64,000 nt of DNA from Clostridia bacterium (GTDB lineage Bacteria; Bacillota; Clostridia; TANB77; CAG-508): assembly GCA_051891195.1 (NCBI GenBank), contig JBJFEZ010000008.1, forward strand, positions 340 through 64,339, read 5' to 3'. Every line of letters starts with the position of its first letter. Within the stretch, counting starts at the first letter, position 1. The notes beneath the pieces are model-generated. The model had not been told where the DNA came from. It made no database searches and saw nothing but the letters and a program-made list of their open reading frames with translations. Position numbers and translations under genes: made by a program. This document shows positions 19,311 to 29,691 of the stretch, in pieces.

Positions 19311-21143
19311 CTAGTCTCCTTTATAATAGCTTCCTACTGTGTAAACTACACATATTGAATTAAAACTCATATTAGAATTTTCGTTATTTTCTAAATACAA
19401 AGAAAAGAAAGAAAGCTTTTTTGCCTTCTTTCTTATCATTATTGTTTTTGGAAAACTTGAATTGTTATATTCTTTAGCTAATACTTGTTTTGTTCCATTT
19501 TTTAGCTTATATCCTATTGTTAACTTTGAACTTGGGGCTTCTGTTGCTATTGATACTCTTTTTATATTCTTTTTATGGGCAGGTCTATTTAAATCTAATA
19601 TAATAGAGTTCCATTCTGCTACTACATTGGAATCAATATCTTTAAATCTGTTCTCATCTACATCATCTCTAAATACACATAAGTTTCCTGATTTATCTCC
19701 AAAATACAATACGTTGTTTCGTACAAACCATACTCTAACAGGCAGATTACTCCAAAAGTACCATTCATATTGATAATTACTATATTTTGAGTTTATATTT
19801 GTTGTTTTAAATCTACTGTCTGCTACATATACATTATCATTAATTGCTAAATAATATTTTCCATCATTAGTTATTCCCACAGCATCTTTTAAATTATTTT
19901 CTTTCTTTAATTTGCTATCAATGTAATAACTTCTATGATATACATATCTTTCATCTGTAATTGTTCCTGTGTTTAGTGCAAATATTCCATTTTGAGTTAA
20001 AATAAGAGGTTCATTTATTAATGTTGCGTGAGCATTTTTGGCAATATTTCCTTCCCCTTTTGTACTACCCTCTATAGAAAATACCTCATTTCCATTAAAT
20101 GTGCCATATCCTATATAAAAAATAGTACTATCAGAATCAGACACATCTTTTAATGCTGACATTTTTCCATCATTAGTTTTTACTAAGGCTGTTATTGGAA
20201 TAACCTCTAAACCAGTTTTAATGATATTGTTTACTGGAATATAAGTAATATCATCTATATGAGAATAAGTAATAATATTAGGATAATCTGGATTTCCTGC
20301 CATAAATATTCTGTTATTAGCTCCTGCATATCCATAAACACACATAATGTCGCATTTATTTACTTGTGATTTGTTTTCATCTATTACTTTAGTATATTTA
20401 ATTCTTACATTATCTCTTCCATCAACTGGAGATTTTCCTATTGCTGTATTAAAAACTACTTGCCCACTAGACAAGTTAACAGTATATGTACTAGTTGCTT
20501 TAGTAGTCCATTCTCCGCTGTCACTTAGTACTTCTACTTTATCTATTGATGTTATTTCTATGTCATCTAATTGATATGTTGTATCTGTTTCTGTGCTTGT
20601 AAATAAATTAATTCTACTATTTTGAACTAAATTAACATCTTCATATTTTTGACTAAGTAAACCATTTGGACTCCTTGCTATTTGTGTTGTTGGTATATAT
20701 CCTATTGTATCTAAATATGACACCTTATTAGTTGTTTTTAACAAATCATAAACAACTGCTCTTTTTCCATCTAGAATAAGTAATTTTGAACCTATTACTG
20801 TTCCTTGTGATATTTTATCTGCTAATCCTGTTAATATCTCAGTATAACTACTAAAATTAATTTGCATTTCATACAACTTTGTTCCACAGTGTACAACAAA
20901 AAATTCTCCGTTTACAGTATCTACATTCCATATGCCATTTATATTAGCTTTTTCTCCTAAATAAGCTAATACTTTATAACCATTTCTCTTTTCTATTGTT
21001 CCATTTTTATTTATAAAGTTTACTCCATATGGGGTTCTTCTTTTATCAATATCAGAAATTGAAGAAGAAAAGTCTACTCCTAAAAATCCTCCTAAATTTG
21101 ACTCATATGTCGTAGGAGAACTTGGTACATTAAAATTTGCCAT
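19311..21143 (-). CDS. large tail / nozzle-like structural protein (610 aa)
   Basis: Assigned by position between the head-completion and fibre genes. No specific family recognised. Confidence 0.45.
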   Translation of the reverse strand: MANFNVPSSPTTYESNLGGFLGVDFSSSISDIDKRRTPYGVNFINKNGTIEKRNGYKVLAYLGEKANINGIWNVDTVNGEFFVVHCGTKLYEMQINFSSYTEILTGLADKISQGTVIGSKLLILDGKRAVVYDLLKTTNKVSYLDTIGYIPTTQIARSPNGLLSQKYEDVNLVQNSRINLFTSTETDTTYQLDDIEITSIDKVEVLSDSGEWTTKATSTYTVNLSSGQVVFNTAIGKSPVDGRDNVRIKYTKVIDENKSQVNKCDIMCVYGYAGANNRIFMAGNPDYPNIITYSHIDDITYIPVNNIIKTGLEVIPITALVKTNDGKMSALKDVSDSDSTIFYIGYGTFNGNEVFSIEGSTKGEGNIAKNAHATLINEPLILTQNGIFALNTGTITDERYVYHRSYYIDSKLKKENNLKDAVGITNDGKYYLAINDNVYVADSRFKTTNINSKYSNYQYEWYFWSNLPVRVWFVRNNVLYFGDKSGNLCVFRDDVDENRFKDIDSNVVAEWNSIILDLNRPAHKKNIKRVSIATEAPSSKLTIGYKLKNGTKQVLAKEYNNSSFPKTIMIRKKAKKLSFFSLYLENNENSNMSFNSICVVYTVGSYYKGD

Positions 21144-21144
21144 A

Positions 21145-21576
21145 TTAGAACACCTCTACTATACTATCTTGATTTTCTATATTAGATAATAAATCTTGTA
21201 ATCCAACTTCAAATTCATTTCTATAAGCTGTAGCTTGTGAAATATCGTCATCTTTATATAATTGACTTGCTATATATAATGGAATTAGAACACAAGCATT
21301 TTCTGGTAGTGTTAACTCATAACTATCCAATGTTTTTTTATCTATCTTATCTATACTGGTTTTTTCCCACTGTTCTTTTTCCTCATTATATTTGTACATA
21401 TTCATTACATAAGGTTTGATTCTTTGTATTGCTTCGTTACACACAGCTGGCATAGCACTTAAGTACCATTTACAGTCATCATCTTGCTTTAATTTATCTA
21501 AATCAACTACAGTTATTGGTTCATCTTTTGCAAACATTTTTTCTAACGATATGATTTGTATTTCTCCCCAAGTCAT
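21145..21576 (-). CDS. head-tail adaptor candidate (143 aa)
   Basis: Assigned by position only. Confidence 0.35.
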   Translation of the reverse strand: MTWGEIQIISLEKMFAKDEPITVVDLDKLKQDDDCKWYLSAMPAVCNEAIQRIKPYVMNMYKYNEEKEQWEKTSIDKIDKKTLDSYELTLPENACVLIPLYIASQLYKDDDISQATAYRNEFEVGLQDLLSNIENQDSIVEVF

Positions 21577-21645
21577 AATTTACCTCCACTTTTGCTAGAC
21601 TTGAACTAGCTTATTTCCTTTAAAGTGATATATAAGGGCTAGATT

Positions 21646-21864
21646 TTATACTAACCCTGCATTTTTTAATTGTTCATAAACAGGAATAGATACTTCTGTT
21701 TCTTCTCCTCTTATTACTTTTGCATATTTTTCATTAATTCCAATAATAATTTCTTTATCTTTTGGATTTAACTTATCGATCGGAATGTGAACTTTAATTG
21801 TTTCTTCTTTTTTTAACTCTTTATTTGTTTTTTCAATTTCTTTTTCAATTTTTTTAGTTGCCAT
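21646..21864 (-). CDS. small structural-module protein (72 aa)
   Basis: Intact ORF downstream of the capsid gene. Confidence 0.4.
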   Translation of the reverse strand: MATKKIEKEIEKTNKELKKEETIKVHIPIDKLNPKDKEIIIGINEKYAKVIRGEETEVSIPVYEQLKNAGLV

Positions 21865-21915
21865 TATACGACTCCTCCTTATATAAATTAAAGGGAGCTA
21901 TTTTGCTCCCTAACA

Positions 21916-22878
21916 CTAGTCATTTACGCCTGTTTCTACTCTTACTAAAGCAAGAGGTTGTGTAATAACTGCTGTAAAACAGTTTTTCCAACCAGCACTT
22001 GCTCTTTGGTCTAATGGGTCTGCTGAACCAGCTGAGCCATTAGGTTTTACTATAATTTCTGGTTTTCCAGCTCCACCTTCTAGGTCAACACAAGCATAAG
22101 AGTCTTTTCCATAAGCATATGCAATATGTACAGGAATTTTAGAAGAACCAGCTGAAGAATCAACAGTATTTAAGTTAGTTGTTTCAAAGAATTTCATTCC
22201 GTGCATTTTTCCTAGCTCGCCTTTTTCCATTTGTTCTGGTTTAGAATATTTAGATACATCAACCCAAGCAGAGTCTCCCATTAAATCATAAGCAATATCT
22301 GGGTCAATTTGCATATGATAATATCCATCTGGAAATCTTTTAGCATTTGCATTTTTTAATTTTCTTACAATTTTCTTAATGTCGTTTGCTATTAGGTGTT
22401 TTGTTTGAGCTGACTCTAGTCCTGCTCTAGTTGTTGCACCACCAGCAAAATATACATTAGTACCTCCAGAAATAGCTGTTTGAATACGATTATCTACTAC
22501 TATTCCAGCTTCTTCTCCTAGTAATTGAGATGTTTCTGTAATTACTGGGTCAATTCCTGTCATTTGAATTAAATCAGAAATTAATACATAATCTCCTTCT
22601 TGTGCAACTGTTGCTGTTACAGTTGTCACATTTAAATCATTTCCATCTGGTGTTACACCTTCTGTTAAACTTGCACTTGGTGCAGTCAATGAATTAAATT
22701 TTCTAAAATTCATTGTTCTTCCTTGATTTTTTGGTAATTTTTTCTTTTGAGCATCTTTATAGAAGTTTAATTGTGGTAATAATCTCTCCAATAAAGCCCT
22801 TTCATAAAAAGTCTTGTCCTCTGGAGCTAATTGATTTGCTCCTGATACATTTGTTATTGTTTGTGTTTTAGTAGCCAT
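21916..22878 (-). CDS. major capsid protein (N4-gp56-like family)
   Basis: 320 aa following the scaffold gene. The pattern ..LPKNQGRTMNFRKF..LTEGVTP.. is typical of that family. Confidence 0.7.
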   Translation of the reverse strand: MATKTQTITNVSGANQLAPEDKTFYERALLERLLPQLNFYKDAQKKKLPKNQGRTMNFRKFNSLTAPSASLTEGVTPDGNDLNVTTVTATVAQEGDYVLISDLIQMTGIDPVITETSQLLGEEAGIVVDNRIQTAISGGTNVYFAGGATTRAGLESAQTKHLIANDIKKIVRKLKNANAKRFPDGYYHMQIDPDIAYDLMGDSAWVDVSKYSKPEQMEKGELGKMHGMKFFETTNLNTVDSSAGSSKIPVHIAYAYGKDSYACVDLEGGAGKPEIIVKPNGSAGSADPLDQRASAGWKNCFTAVITQPLALVRVETGVND

Positions 22879-22941
22879 TTTAAATTCCTCCTTATTTTTT
22901 TATTTTTAGCAATAAAAAAATAGCTACTTATAATTAAGCAA

Positions 22942-23763
22942 CTATTTTAATTCGCCATTTATGGCTTTTTGCATATATTTTTCAAACTGCTCACTTGACA
23001 TACTGTTCCAATCCATTTCTTGTGCTTCAGAATCTTGAATTGCTCCAGGTGTCGCAGTATTATTTGCTACAATTTGCTTTGCTGTTTCAACAGATTTTTT
23101 CTCATATTTACTAATTAGTTTTTTATAGTCTTCATAGATTTGTGCTAGTGGCACTTTACCTATTTTTCCATTAGCAAATAAATTAAAATCCTCGTCTTTT
23201 GTAAGTTCTTGTAGCTTGTTAGATGAATATTTTTCTACAAAATCTTTAGTATCGTTTTGATACCATTGCTTTTGTTTATCTTCTTCATCTTTTTTGATTT
23301 TCTCTTCGGCTTCTTGTCTAGCCTTTTCTTTTTGCAATTCCCTATAACCATTTATAGGGTCTTTGCCTTTTGTGTCTAATTCGTACATATCTAAATACTC
23401 TTTGACATCATAGTCGTCTTTAATTATTTCTCCAGTATATGGATTTTGTTTACCAATATACGATTGAATTTTGCCTTGTGCTAAGCCTTGCTCATATGCC
23501 TCTTTTTTAGCTTGTTCAATTTTTGCTTCAGCTTCTTTTTCAGCTTTAATTCTTGCCATTCTTGCGTATTGATTGTCTTCTTTAGACTGTTTTGTCGTTT
23601 CCTCTGTTGTATTTTCAACTGTTTCTTCAGAAGTTTCCTGTTTTTCTTGTTGTTCATTATTTAGTTCTACTTCTTCAGTTTCAGTAGTAGTACTTTCAAC
23701 TACCTCTTCTTGTTCAGCGACTTCAAGATTGTTTGCGCTTTCATTTACTTCTTCATTTTCCAT
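22942..23763 (-). CDS. scaffolding protein
   Basis: Acidic, E/K-rich coiled coil between the portal and capsid genes. Confidence 0.6.
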   Translation of the reverse strand: MENEEVNESANNLEVAEQEEVVESTTTETEEVELNNEQQEKQETSEETVENTTEETTKQSKEDNQYARMARIKAEKEAEAKIEQAKKEAYEQGLAQGKIQSYIGKQNPYTGEIIKDDYDVKEYLDMYELDTKGKDPINGYRELQKEKARQEAEEKIKKDEEDKQKQWYQNDTKDFVEKYSSNKLQELTKDEDFNLFANGKIGKVPLAQIYEDYKKLISKYEKKSVETAKQIVANNTATPGAIQDSEAQEMDWNSMSSEQFEKYMQKAINGELK

Positions 23764-23843
23764 AAGAAATCCTTTCTATTTGAGATTTTTACGCTATTCA
23801 CTGCGAATTTTATATAAAAACAACCCCATTATTATAGGGCTGT

Positions 23844-25619
23844 TTATATCATAGGTTGTTGTGCTTGTACCATATTAGCCTGTGCTGTTGGTGCAGGTGT
23901 TTCGGCTTGTTGTATAATTTGCATCACACATTGTAATATCTGTGGATTTTGCATTATTTTTTGACTGATTTCAGGCGGTAACATTACTTTTTGTCTTATT
24001 TCCTTTAGCTTAGCTTTAAATGGCATTGCTGTTTCTGGATATAACTCAATGTAATCGTCAAATGTTATATCTCCTCTTTGTAAAGCTTGTTCTAATAAAT
24101 TAATACTTAAGCTTTCACTATAAGCACTTCCAGGTCCTACATCAATCGTTGTTTCAAAATCCATATTTTGATACATACTTCCATTGAATATGTTTACTTG
24201 TTGTTTATTATCATTTTCTACTACATAAGATACATTAAAACGATAATACGCTTTAAAAAACTGTTCCCATACTCTTGCTATTTTTTCGTGAGTTCTCCAA
24301 AATCTTTTTTGCATATCTTCAATAGGAACTTTAGCTTGTGTTTGTAACGCTACAATAGCGCTACCACTCATATTTTTTCCTAGTACTTCTCCATTTGCTA
24401 CTTCTGTTGCTCCTGTTACTGTTCTTGTAATTTCTATTAATTTATCTGCAACAGTCAGTGGTGTATTATTAAAGTTAGGAGGGTCTAAGTATTTTATTCC
24501 ATCAAATCCTGGACTATAGTCTGTTATTACTTCTCCAGGCATATTAGTTATTTGTTTTCCTTGCAAAGCAATAGGTCTAATTTTTATTTTAGGAAATCCC
24601 ATATTTTGACTTGCCATTTGCATCATAGCATAATCAAAGTTAACAGCTTTTTGCGTAGGTATTAATTGCTCTACTTCTCCTATTCCGTATATTGATTTTT
24701 CTCTTTCTTCATAAGAATCAACTATTATAGGATATAAAGTCATTTTGAAGTCTGTAATTTCAGGTTTATCTATATCAACCTGTTCTTCATCTTCGTTTGT
24801 TTTTCCTTCTTCGTCTATTTCTATATCAACTTGAGTTGCATCTGGTGTAAGCGGTGTTTCATTTTGAATAATCATATTTTGAGTACTTTTTGTATAATAT
24901 ACCTCTCCATTTTTTCTAAAGTATTTTGTAAGTACTGTCGCATATTCCTCTCCATCTTGTTCTTCACTGTTATAGTTTTTTTCAGTATCATCGTCTGCTG
25001 TTATTAATTCTAACTCTGTTTTAGTAGCTCCATTTCTTTTAGCTATGTCTTTTAAAGTTTGTACATTTTCTCTACTTTGTATAATTATCCATTTTTGTTT
25101 TTGTTCATCTTTTTGCTTAGGATTTGCAAATACTATGCTTAAACAATCTATTATTTGACCATTTAAACCTCCATTAAATTTTGCCATACCTGTTTTTTTC
25201 TCTTTATCCCAAAAATAATGATAAATATATGTACCTTTTTTTAGCCCATCTGCGATTGCTTGATTGTCTAAATCTTCTTGTTTTATTTCTTTATTTATAT
25301 GTTTTGCAAAATTAGTAAACGAACTTGCCCCCTCTGTTGCTATTTTGCCTTCTTCTTGGTCATATATTAGTGGTTTATATATCATTGATATTTTACTAGA
25401 CAAAATATTTGCTTTCTTACCATTAACTATAAATTTAATTATATTTATAACTGGTCTTGGCATATTTTTAGTTCTTTCTGTTGCTTGTGGCCATTGTCTT
25501 CCTTCAAAGAAATCAACACATTGTTCGCAAGTTTCTTTTAAGCGTAACTTTTTTTGATATTCTAGTCCTTTTTGCCAGTCATTCCATATTTTTTTTGCTA
25601 ATTCTTCTCTATTTGACAT
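23844..25619 (-). CDS. portal protein
   Basis: 591 aa immediately after the terminase genes. Confidence 0.65.
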   Translation of the reverse strand: MSNREELAKKIWNDWQKGLEYQKKLRLKETCEQCVDFFEGRQWPQATERTKNMPRPVINIIKFIVNGKKANILSSKISMIYKPLIYDQEEGKIATEGASSFTNFAKHINKEIKQEDLDNQAIADGLKKGTYIYHYFWDKEKKTGMAKFNGGLNGQIIDCLSIVFANPKQKDEQKQKWIIIQSRENVQTLKDIAKRNGATKTELELITADDDTEKNYNSEEQDGEEYATVLTKYFRKNGEVYYTKSTQNMIIQNETPLTPDATQVDIEIDEEGKTNEDEEQVDIDKPEITDFKMTLYPIIVDSYEEREKSIYGIGEVEQLIPTQKAVNFDYAMMQMASQNMGFPKIKIRPIALQGKQITNMPGEVITDYSPGFDGIKYLDPPNFNNTPLTVADKLIEITRTVTGATEVANGEVLGKNMSGSAIVALQTQAKVPIEDMQKRFWRTHEKIARVWEQFFKAYYRFNVSYVVENDNKQQVNIFNGSMYQNMDFETTIDVGPGSAYSESLSINLLEQALQRGDITFDDYIELYPETAMPFKAKLKEIRQKVMLPPEISQKIMQNPQILQCVMQIIQQAETPAPTAQANMVQAQQPMI

Positions 25620-25622
25620 TTT

Positions 25623-25862
25623 TTAATCTCCTTTCTCTGTTGTCTCTCCTGTTAAATATTCATTATATATATCTTGTTGATTTACTTTATTTTCACTTTC
25701 CTTTGCTCCATTTAGCCATTCATCAAGTATTTCATTTTGAGTCTTTTCATCTTTTGGGTTTGTTTCTTTATTTATTTTGTTTTTCCTTAACTCTATTATT
25801 TTAGGTACAACAAAAGGAGCTATGCCTAATACATAACCCACTATAACTGCTATTAATAACAT
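25623..25862 (-). CDS. small membrane protein (79 aa)
   Basis: Start chosen at ATG 25862 (AGGAGG upstream). The longer track ORF overlaps terL. Confidence 0.4.
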   Translation of the reverse strand: MLLIAVIVGYVLGIAPFVVPKIIELRKNKINKETNPKDEKTQNEILDEWLNGAKESENKVNQQDIYNEYLTGETTEKGD

Positions 25863-25872
25863 TTCTAACCTC

Positions 25873-27219
25873 CTAATACCAAATATCTTCATCAGCTTCT
25901 TCTGTCTGCAATTCAAATGGTAATTCTTGTTTTTTAGGTGTAAAAATAGGCTCTTGTGTCCAATAAACACAAAAACCTCTTATTGCATCAGGTGCGTGTG
26001 TAATTTCGTGTGGTTCTGTTGCCACATCTCCTATTTTCTTTTCATCGTGCTGTAATTGTGGTATGCACCTTATTAAGTTTCTACAAGTATTAAATATCTT
26101 TAATCTTGATGTATCACAGCCCTGCTCATCTTTAAACACTTTTAGCCACTCTTTCATTTGTAGCCAACCTTGAACTCTATCATTGTTTGTCTTATATAAA
26201 TCAATTCCACCTTCTGCAAATATATCAGCTGTACTCTTTCCAGTCTCTTTATGTCTATTCCATAAGTCAGGTGGAGCTAAATACATATAAACATTTTCAT
26301 TTGTCATTTCTTTTATTTTGTCTCTTGCTTCAGATACCAATAAATTACTTTGATATACTTCTCTAAACACATATGCGTTATTATTATAATCTACTGCTAT
26401 CCAATAACCCGCTAACATATCTAATCCATAATCCATAACAAAGTATATATACCAATCCTTTGGTATTTCAAATGGTTCAATAACGTGTATATTTCTTTTA
26501 AATTCTGAAAAGAATTGTCCTTCATATACGTCCCATTCTCCATAAAGCATTGCTCTTTTTCTGTCTTCTGGCAAACTCTCTAATGCTTTTACATAGTCAG
26601 GGTCATTTTTCATTATATATTCATTTTCATATACTAATGCTGGTATAAAACTATATTCCCCAGGTATTTCTCCTTCGTTATATTCTTTGTCTATAAATAA
26701 TCTTTTTACCCAACTATGTCCAACTCCTCCAGGATTGCAAGTTAAATACATTCTTGGTTTTACTTGTTTCTTGCATTGTCCTGAAAGTCTATTGCTTTCT
26801 TTTAAACAATTAAACTGAAATTCTGTAAAATGTGTTGCTTCTTCCATAAATATTACTTCATAAGCTTGTCCTTGATATTGTAATACATCTGTTTCTGTAT
26901 CACAATATCCTAGCTTTATCCTACTACTATTTGGAAAATCAAATACTTTTTCTTGTGTTTTATATTGTGCTATTTTTTCTTTTTGTTGGCATTTTAATTC
27001 TTTTTGTAATGGTACAACGTGATTTTCTAAAAGTTCATTATATGTTCTTCTTAATAGAAGTATTTGTATTCCTGGATAATATAGTGCTAATAGTATTGCT
27101 TTTATTCTAGCAACAAATGATTTTCCTCCACCTCTTGCTCCACCATAACAAGTATATCTAGTCTTGCTTTTGCAAAATTCTTCTTGTTTTGGATATAAAT
27201 TAGGTACTTTATATTCCAT
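25873..27219 (-). CDS. terminase large subunit
   Basis: Walker A GGARGGGKS plus a C-terminal nuclease region. 448 aa. Confidence 0.85.
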   Translation of the reverse strand: MEYKVPNLYPKQEEFCKSKTRYTCYGGARGGGKSFVARIKAILLALYYPGIQILLLRRTYNELLENHVVPLQKELKCQQKEKIAQYKTQEKVFDFPNSSRIKLGYCDTETDVLQYQGQAYEVIFMEEATHFTEFQFNCLKESNRLSGQCKKQVKPRMYLTCNPGGVGHSWVKRLFIDKEYNEGEIPGEYSFIPALVYENEYIMKNDPDYVKALESLPEDRKRAMLYGEWDVYEGQFFSEFKRNIHVIEPFEIPKDWYIYFVMDYGLDMLAGYWIAVDYNNNAYVFREVYQSNLLVSEARDKIKEMTNENVYMYLAPPDLWNRHKETGKSTADIFAEGGIDLYKTNNDRVQGWLQMKEWLKVFKDEQGCDTSRLKIFNTCRNLIRCIPQLQHDEKKIGDVATEPHEITHAPDAIRGFCVYWTQEPIFTPKKQELPFELQTEEADEDIWY

Positions 27220-27614
27220 TATTGTGATAATTCCTCCACTTTTCTATCCATTCTTATATTTATATCTGTGTTTACTGTACTCTTTCCTTCTGCTAAGTTT
27301 CTTTTGTCATATAATGTTCCTATTACTGTACTTAAATTATTAACAGGTATTTTTTCTTCTTTATTATCTAGAACTTGTTCAAGTCTATTTAGTGCTTTAT
27401 CTATTAATCTTGTTGCCTTTTCTGCAAATTCGTCTTTTTTTTGTTCGCGAAGTTTCGTAAACTCTTCTTTCTCAATATTCTTTTTATATATCTCTTCTAC
27501 TGTTTTTTGTGGCATATCTAACTGTCTTGCTGTCTCACTATAATTACCTGTAGAAAATACAGAAAGCATTACTTTATATATAGTTTCATTATCTGTTTTC
27601 TTACCTTTTGCCAT
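27219..27614 (-). CDS. terminase small subunit (HTH)
   Basis: N-terminal HTH (YSETARQLDMPQKTV). Lies directly upstream of terL. Confidence 0.6.
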   Translation of the reverse strand: MAKGKKTDNETIYKVMLSVFSTGNYSETARQLDMPQKTVEEIYKKNIEKEEFTKLREQKKDEFAEKATRLIDKALNRLEQVLDNKEEKIPVNNLSTVIGTLYDKRNLAEGKSTVNTDINIRMDRKVEELSQ

Positions 27615-27626
27615 AATCTCACTTCC

Positions 27627-27752
27627 TTAAATAATTGAATACATCGTCCTGTGATGTTTTAAATAGTCCATAGCACTCCAATATGTTAAGCCTTTTTCTT
27701 TAGCCTTCTTGATATAATCTTCTGCGGTTTGTTTTGTCCATTTTCTTGACAT
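27627..27752 (-). CDS. small ORF (41 aa)
   Basis: RBS gaggaa. Reads MSRKWTKQTAEDYIKKAKEKGLTYWSAMDYLKHHRTMYSII. Confidence 0.3.
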   Translation of the reverse strand: MSRKWTKQTAEDYIKKAKEKGLTYWSAMDYLKHHRTMYSII

Positions 27753-27821
27753 TGATTATTCCTCTTTTCTTTTATTTTTTTATTATCTTTACATCAATCC
27801 TTGTTAAAACATTTCATCTTC

Positions 27822-28355
27822 TCATATTTCTTTGAAGTTATCATCTAAATTTACTTGTGGAGATGAAATTACTTCCATAGCGCCAATTCCCCATTGATTA
27901 TTTATAACAAAATAACTCATAAATTCGTGTATATAATCTTCATTTATTATGTAAAAATCATTTGTTTTTCTTCCCCATCTCTCAATAGCATAGCAAACTT
28001 CTGGTAGTGATTTTTTCACATCTCCATATTTATATTGTTTATCATATCTAAATCCTACTGTTACATTTACAATTATAGTTCCTGTATTTTTAGTTCTTTT
28101 ATTGTAAAATGGTATATGTACCAACATCTTGATTTCTTTCAAAATATCATGATAATCTTTGTCTGATATTTTATTTTGTATTATCTTTTCTATTCCTTCT
28201 CTTGGAATTGTTATATATCCCCAATTAAAAATAATATCACTTGGCTTGTCTTTAAAAGGATATTGTTTGCCTTCATTATTTTCAAAATCATACTTGATTC
28301 CTAAAAAGTCTAAAATTTCTACTGTATTATAATATTTTGGTTCTGTATCTCCCAT
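27822..28355 (-). CDS. hypothetical protein (177 aa)
   Basis: Intact ORF between the tRNA and the packaging genes. No family recognised. Confidence 0.45.
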   Translation of the reverse strand: MGDTEPKYYNTVEILDFLGIKYDFENNEGKQYPFKDKPSDIIFNWGYITIPREGIEKIIQNKISDKDYHDILKEIKMLVHIPFYNKRTKNTGTIIVNVTVGFRYDKQYKYGDVKKSLPEVCYAIERWGRKTNDFYIINEDYIHEFMSYFVINNQWGIGAMEVISSPQVNLDDNFKEI

Positions 28356-28391
28356 TTTTTCTACTCTCCTATACTCTTATTTTTAAATTTC

Positions 28392-28589
28392 CTAATTCCA
28401 GCTAGGATTGTACAATCCCATTACTGATTTACTAAACTTTGCTGTACGTTCTAAAGGCTTCTTATAGCCTTGTATTTTGTCTTTGTCTTTTTCGTAATCT
28501 AAGCACTTTATTATTACTAGATTATCTTTCTTTGTTTCTACTATTCTGCCTTTACAATTTCTCTCTGTACATGTTTCACATAGTTCCAT
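28392..28589 (-). CDS. small Cys-containing protein (65 aa)
   Basis: MELCETCTERNCKG.. RBS ggaggag. Confidence 0.4.
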   Translation of the reverse strand: MELCETCTERNCKGRIVETKKDNLVIIKCLDYEKDKDKIQGYKKPLERTAKFSKSVMGLYNPSWN

Positions 28590-28707
28590 GTTTTCTCCTC
28601 CATATAAACACTATATAGTCAACTACGACTGCCTCAACAATCCTAATGCGCCAATCTAGATTTTATATAAACGCACCTTTAATAGCCGACTAAATACTAT
28701 TTATATT

Positions 28708-28781
28708 TGGCTTGGGAACTTAGACTCGAACTAAGAATGACAAGGTCAAAGCCTGTTGTTATACCATTTAACTATTCCCAA
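28708..28781 (-). tRNA. phage-encoded tRNA-Gln (anticodon UUG)
   Basis: Hand-folded cloverleaf. Acceptor TTGGGAA/TTCCCAA, D stem GTTA/TAAC, anticodon stem ACAGG/CTTGT with loop CTTTGAC, T arm CTTAG-TTCGAGT-CTAAG, encoded GCCA end. Confidence 0.8.
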
Positions 28782-28839
28782 ATATAGCAAAAGACGCTTT
28801 TATACGTCTTCAGAAACTTTTTCTACTACTTGGTAGATA

Positions 28840-28877
28840 AGTAAAATAAAAGAGCTAGCTGTAATAACTAACTCTTT
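28840..28877 (-). terminator. rho-independent terminator after the late-regulator gene
   Basis: aaagagttag..ctagctcttt stem followed by TTTTATTTT on the minus strand. Confidence 0.55.
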
Positions 28878-28950
28878 AAACTATTGCTATTATAATAATA
28901 ACATTTTTAAAATGTGGGATTCAATGGGATTTTGTGGGTTCTTACTTTTT

Positions 28951-29403
28951 TTATAATTTTGAGTACAGATAAAGTGCTTCTCCGTGCAATTCACAAGCAT
29001 AATCTCTTGAATATCCTAATTGACTTGCAACTTCTTCCCAACTCTTTCCTCTAGTATAGCGATAAAATAAAATATTTTTATATGGTTGCTCCATACTATC
29101 TATTTTTTCATCAATCTTAAATTTGTTTAATAATAGTTGTTCCATTTTTTTACTACAATCTATTTTTAGTTCTTCTAATCTACTAATAGCATCTCCAAAT
29201 TTATCTGGACTTTCACTAGAACTATTAGTCTTCGTTAATGACAATGTAGGTGTTATCTTTTCTAATTTACTTCTTGTTTCTTCAGTGTCATCAAATTTTT
29301 CCTCTATGTACTTAATATTCTCTCTATACTCATTTAATTCTCTTTTAGCCTCTGCTATTTTAACTTTTTCTTCTTCTGTTAAATTTCTTTTTTGTCTTGC
29401 CAT
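28951..29403 (-). CDS. ArpU/RinA-like late transcription regulator (sigma-70 region-4-like C-terminus)
   Basis: C-terminal YRYTRGKSWEEVASQLGYSRDYACELHGEAL. Located at the early/late boundary. Confidence 0.5.
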   Translation of the reverse strand: MARQKRNLTEEEKVKIAEAKRELNEYRENIKYIEEKFDDTEETRSKLEKITPTLSLTKTNSSSESPDKFGDAISRLEELKIDCSKKMEQLLLNKFKIDEKIDSMEQPYKNILFYRYTRGKSWEEVASQLGYSRDYACELHGEALYLYSKL

Positions 29404-29418
29404 TCTTCTGTACCCTCC

Positions 29419-29589
29419 CTATTTCATTTTTCTAAAATCACATAAGCTTTTAATAAGCTTTGTAATTTGATTATTTACATCTTCCTTTGAGTATCTTCCT
29501 GTATCTTGTCTCATATGTTCATAAAATATATATGTGAATTGTGTATATTCATCGTTTATTTTTCTGAATTTCTTTTCTTTCTCTGTCAT
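29419..29589 (-). CDS. small ORF (56 aa)
   Basis: RBS gggaggtaaaca. Reads MTEKEKKFRKINDEYTQFTYIFYEHMRQDTG.. Confidence 0.35.
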   Translation of the reverse strand: MTEKEKKFRKINDEYTQFTYIFYEHMRQDTGRYSKEDVNNQITKLIKSLCDFRKMK

Positions 29590-29691
29590 TTGTTTACCTC
29601 CCTATTATTTTATTTCTTCTGCACTATATATAGCATACATAGTTATACCTATACCGTATTCCTAATATTAAACCTAATATAAACATAACTT

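Noticed and set aside
25623-25970. The long form of the small ORF overlapping terL
   Set aside because: The first 36 codons overlap the terL 3' end with no RBS. An internal ATG at 25862 has AGGAGG upstream and begins the TM helix.
28600-28707. A second tRNA next to tRNA-Gln
   Set aside because: Long-range stems exist, but there is no D arm, anticodon arm or T arm geometry and no TTC loop. It is reported only as a structured element.
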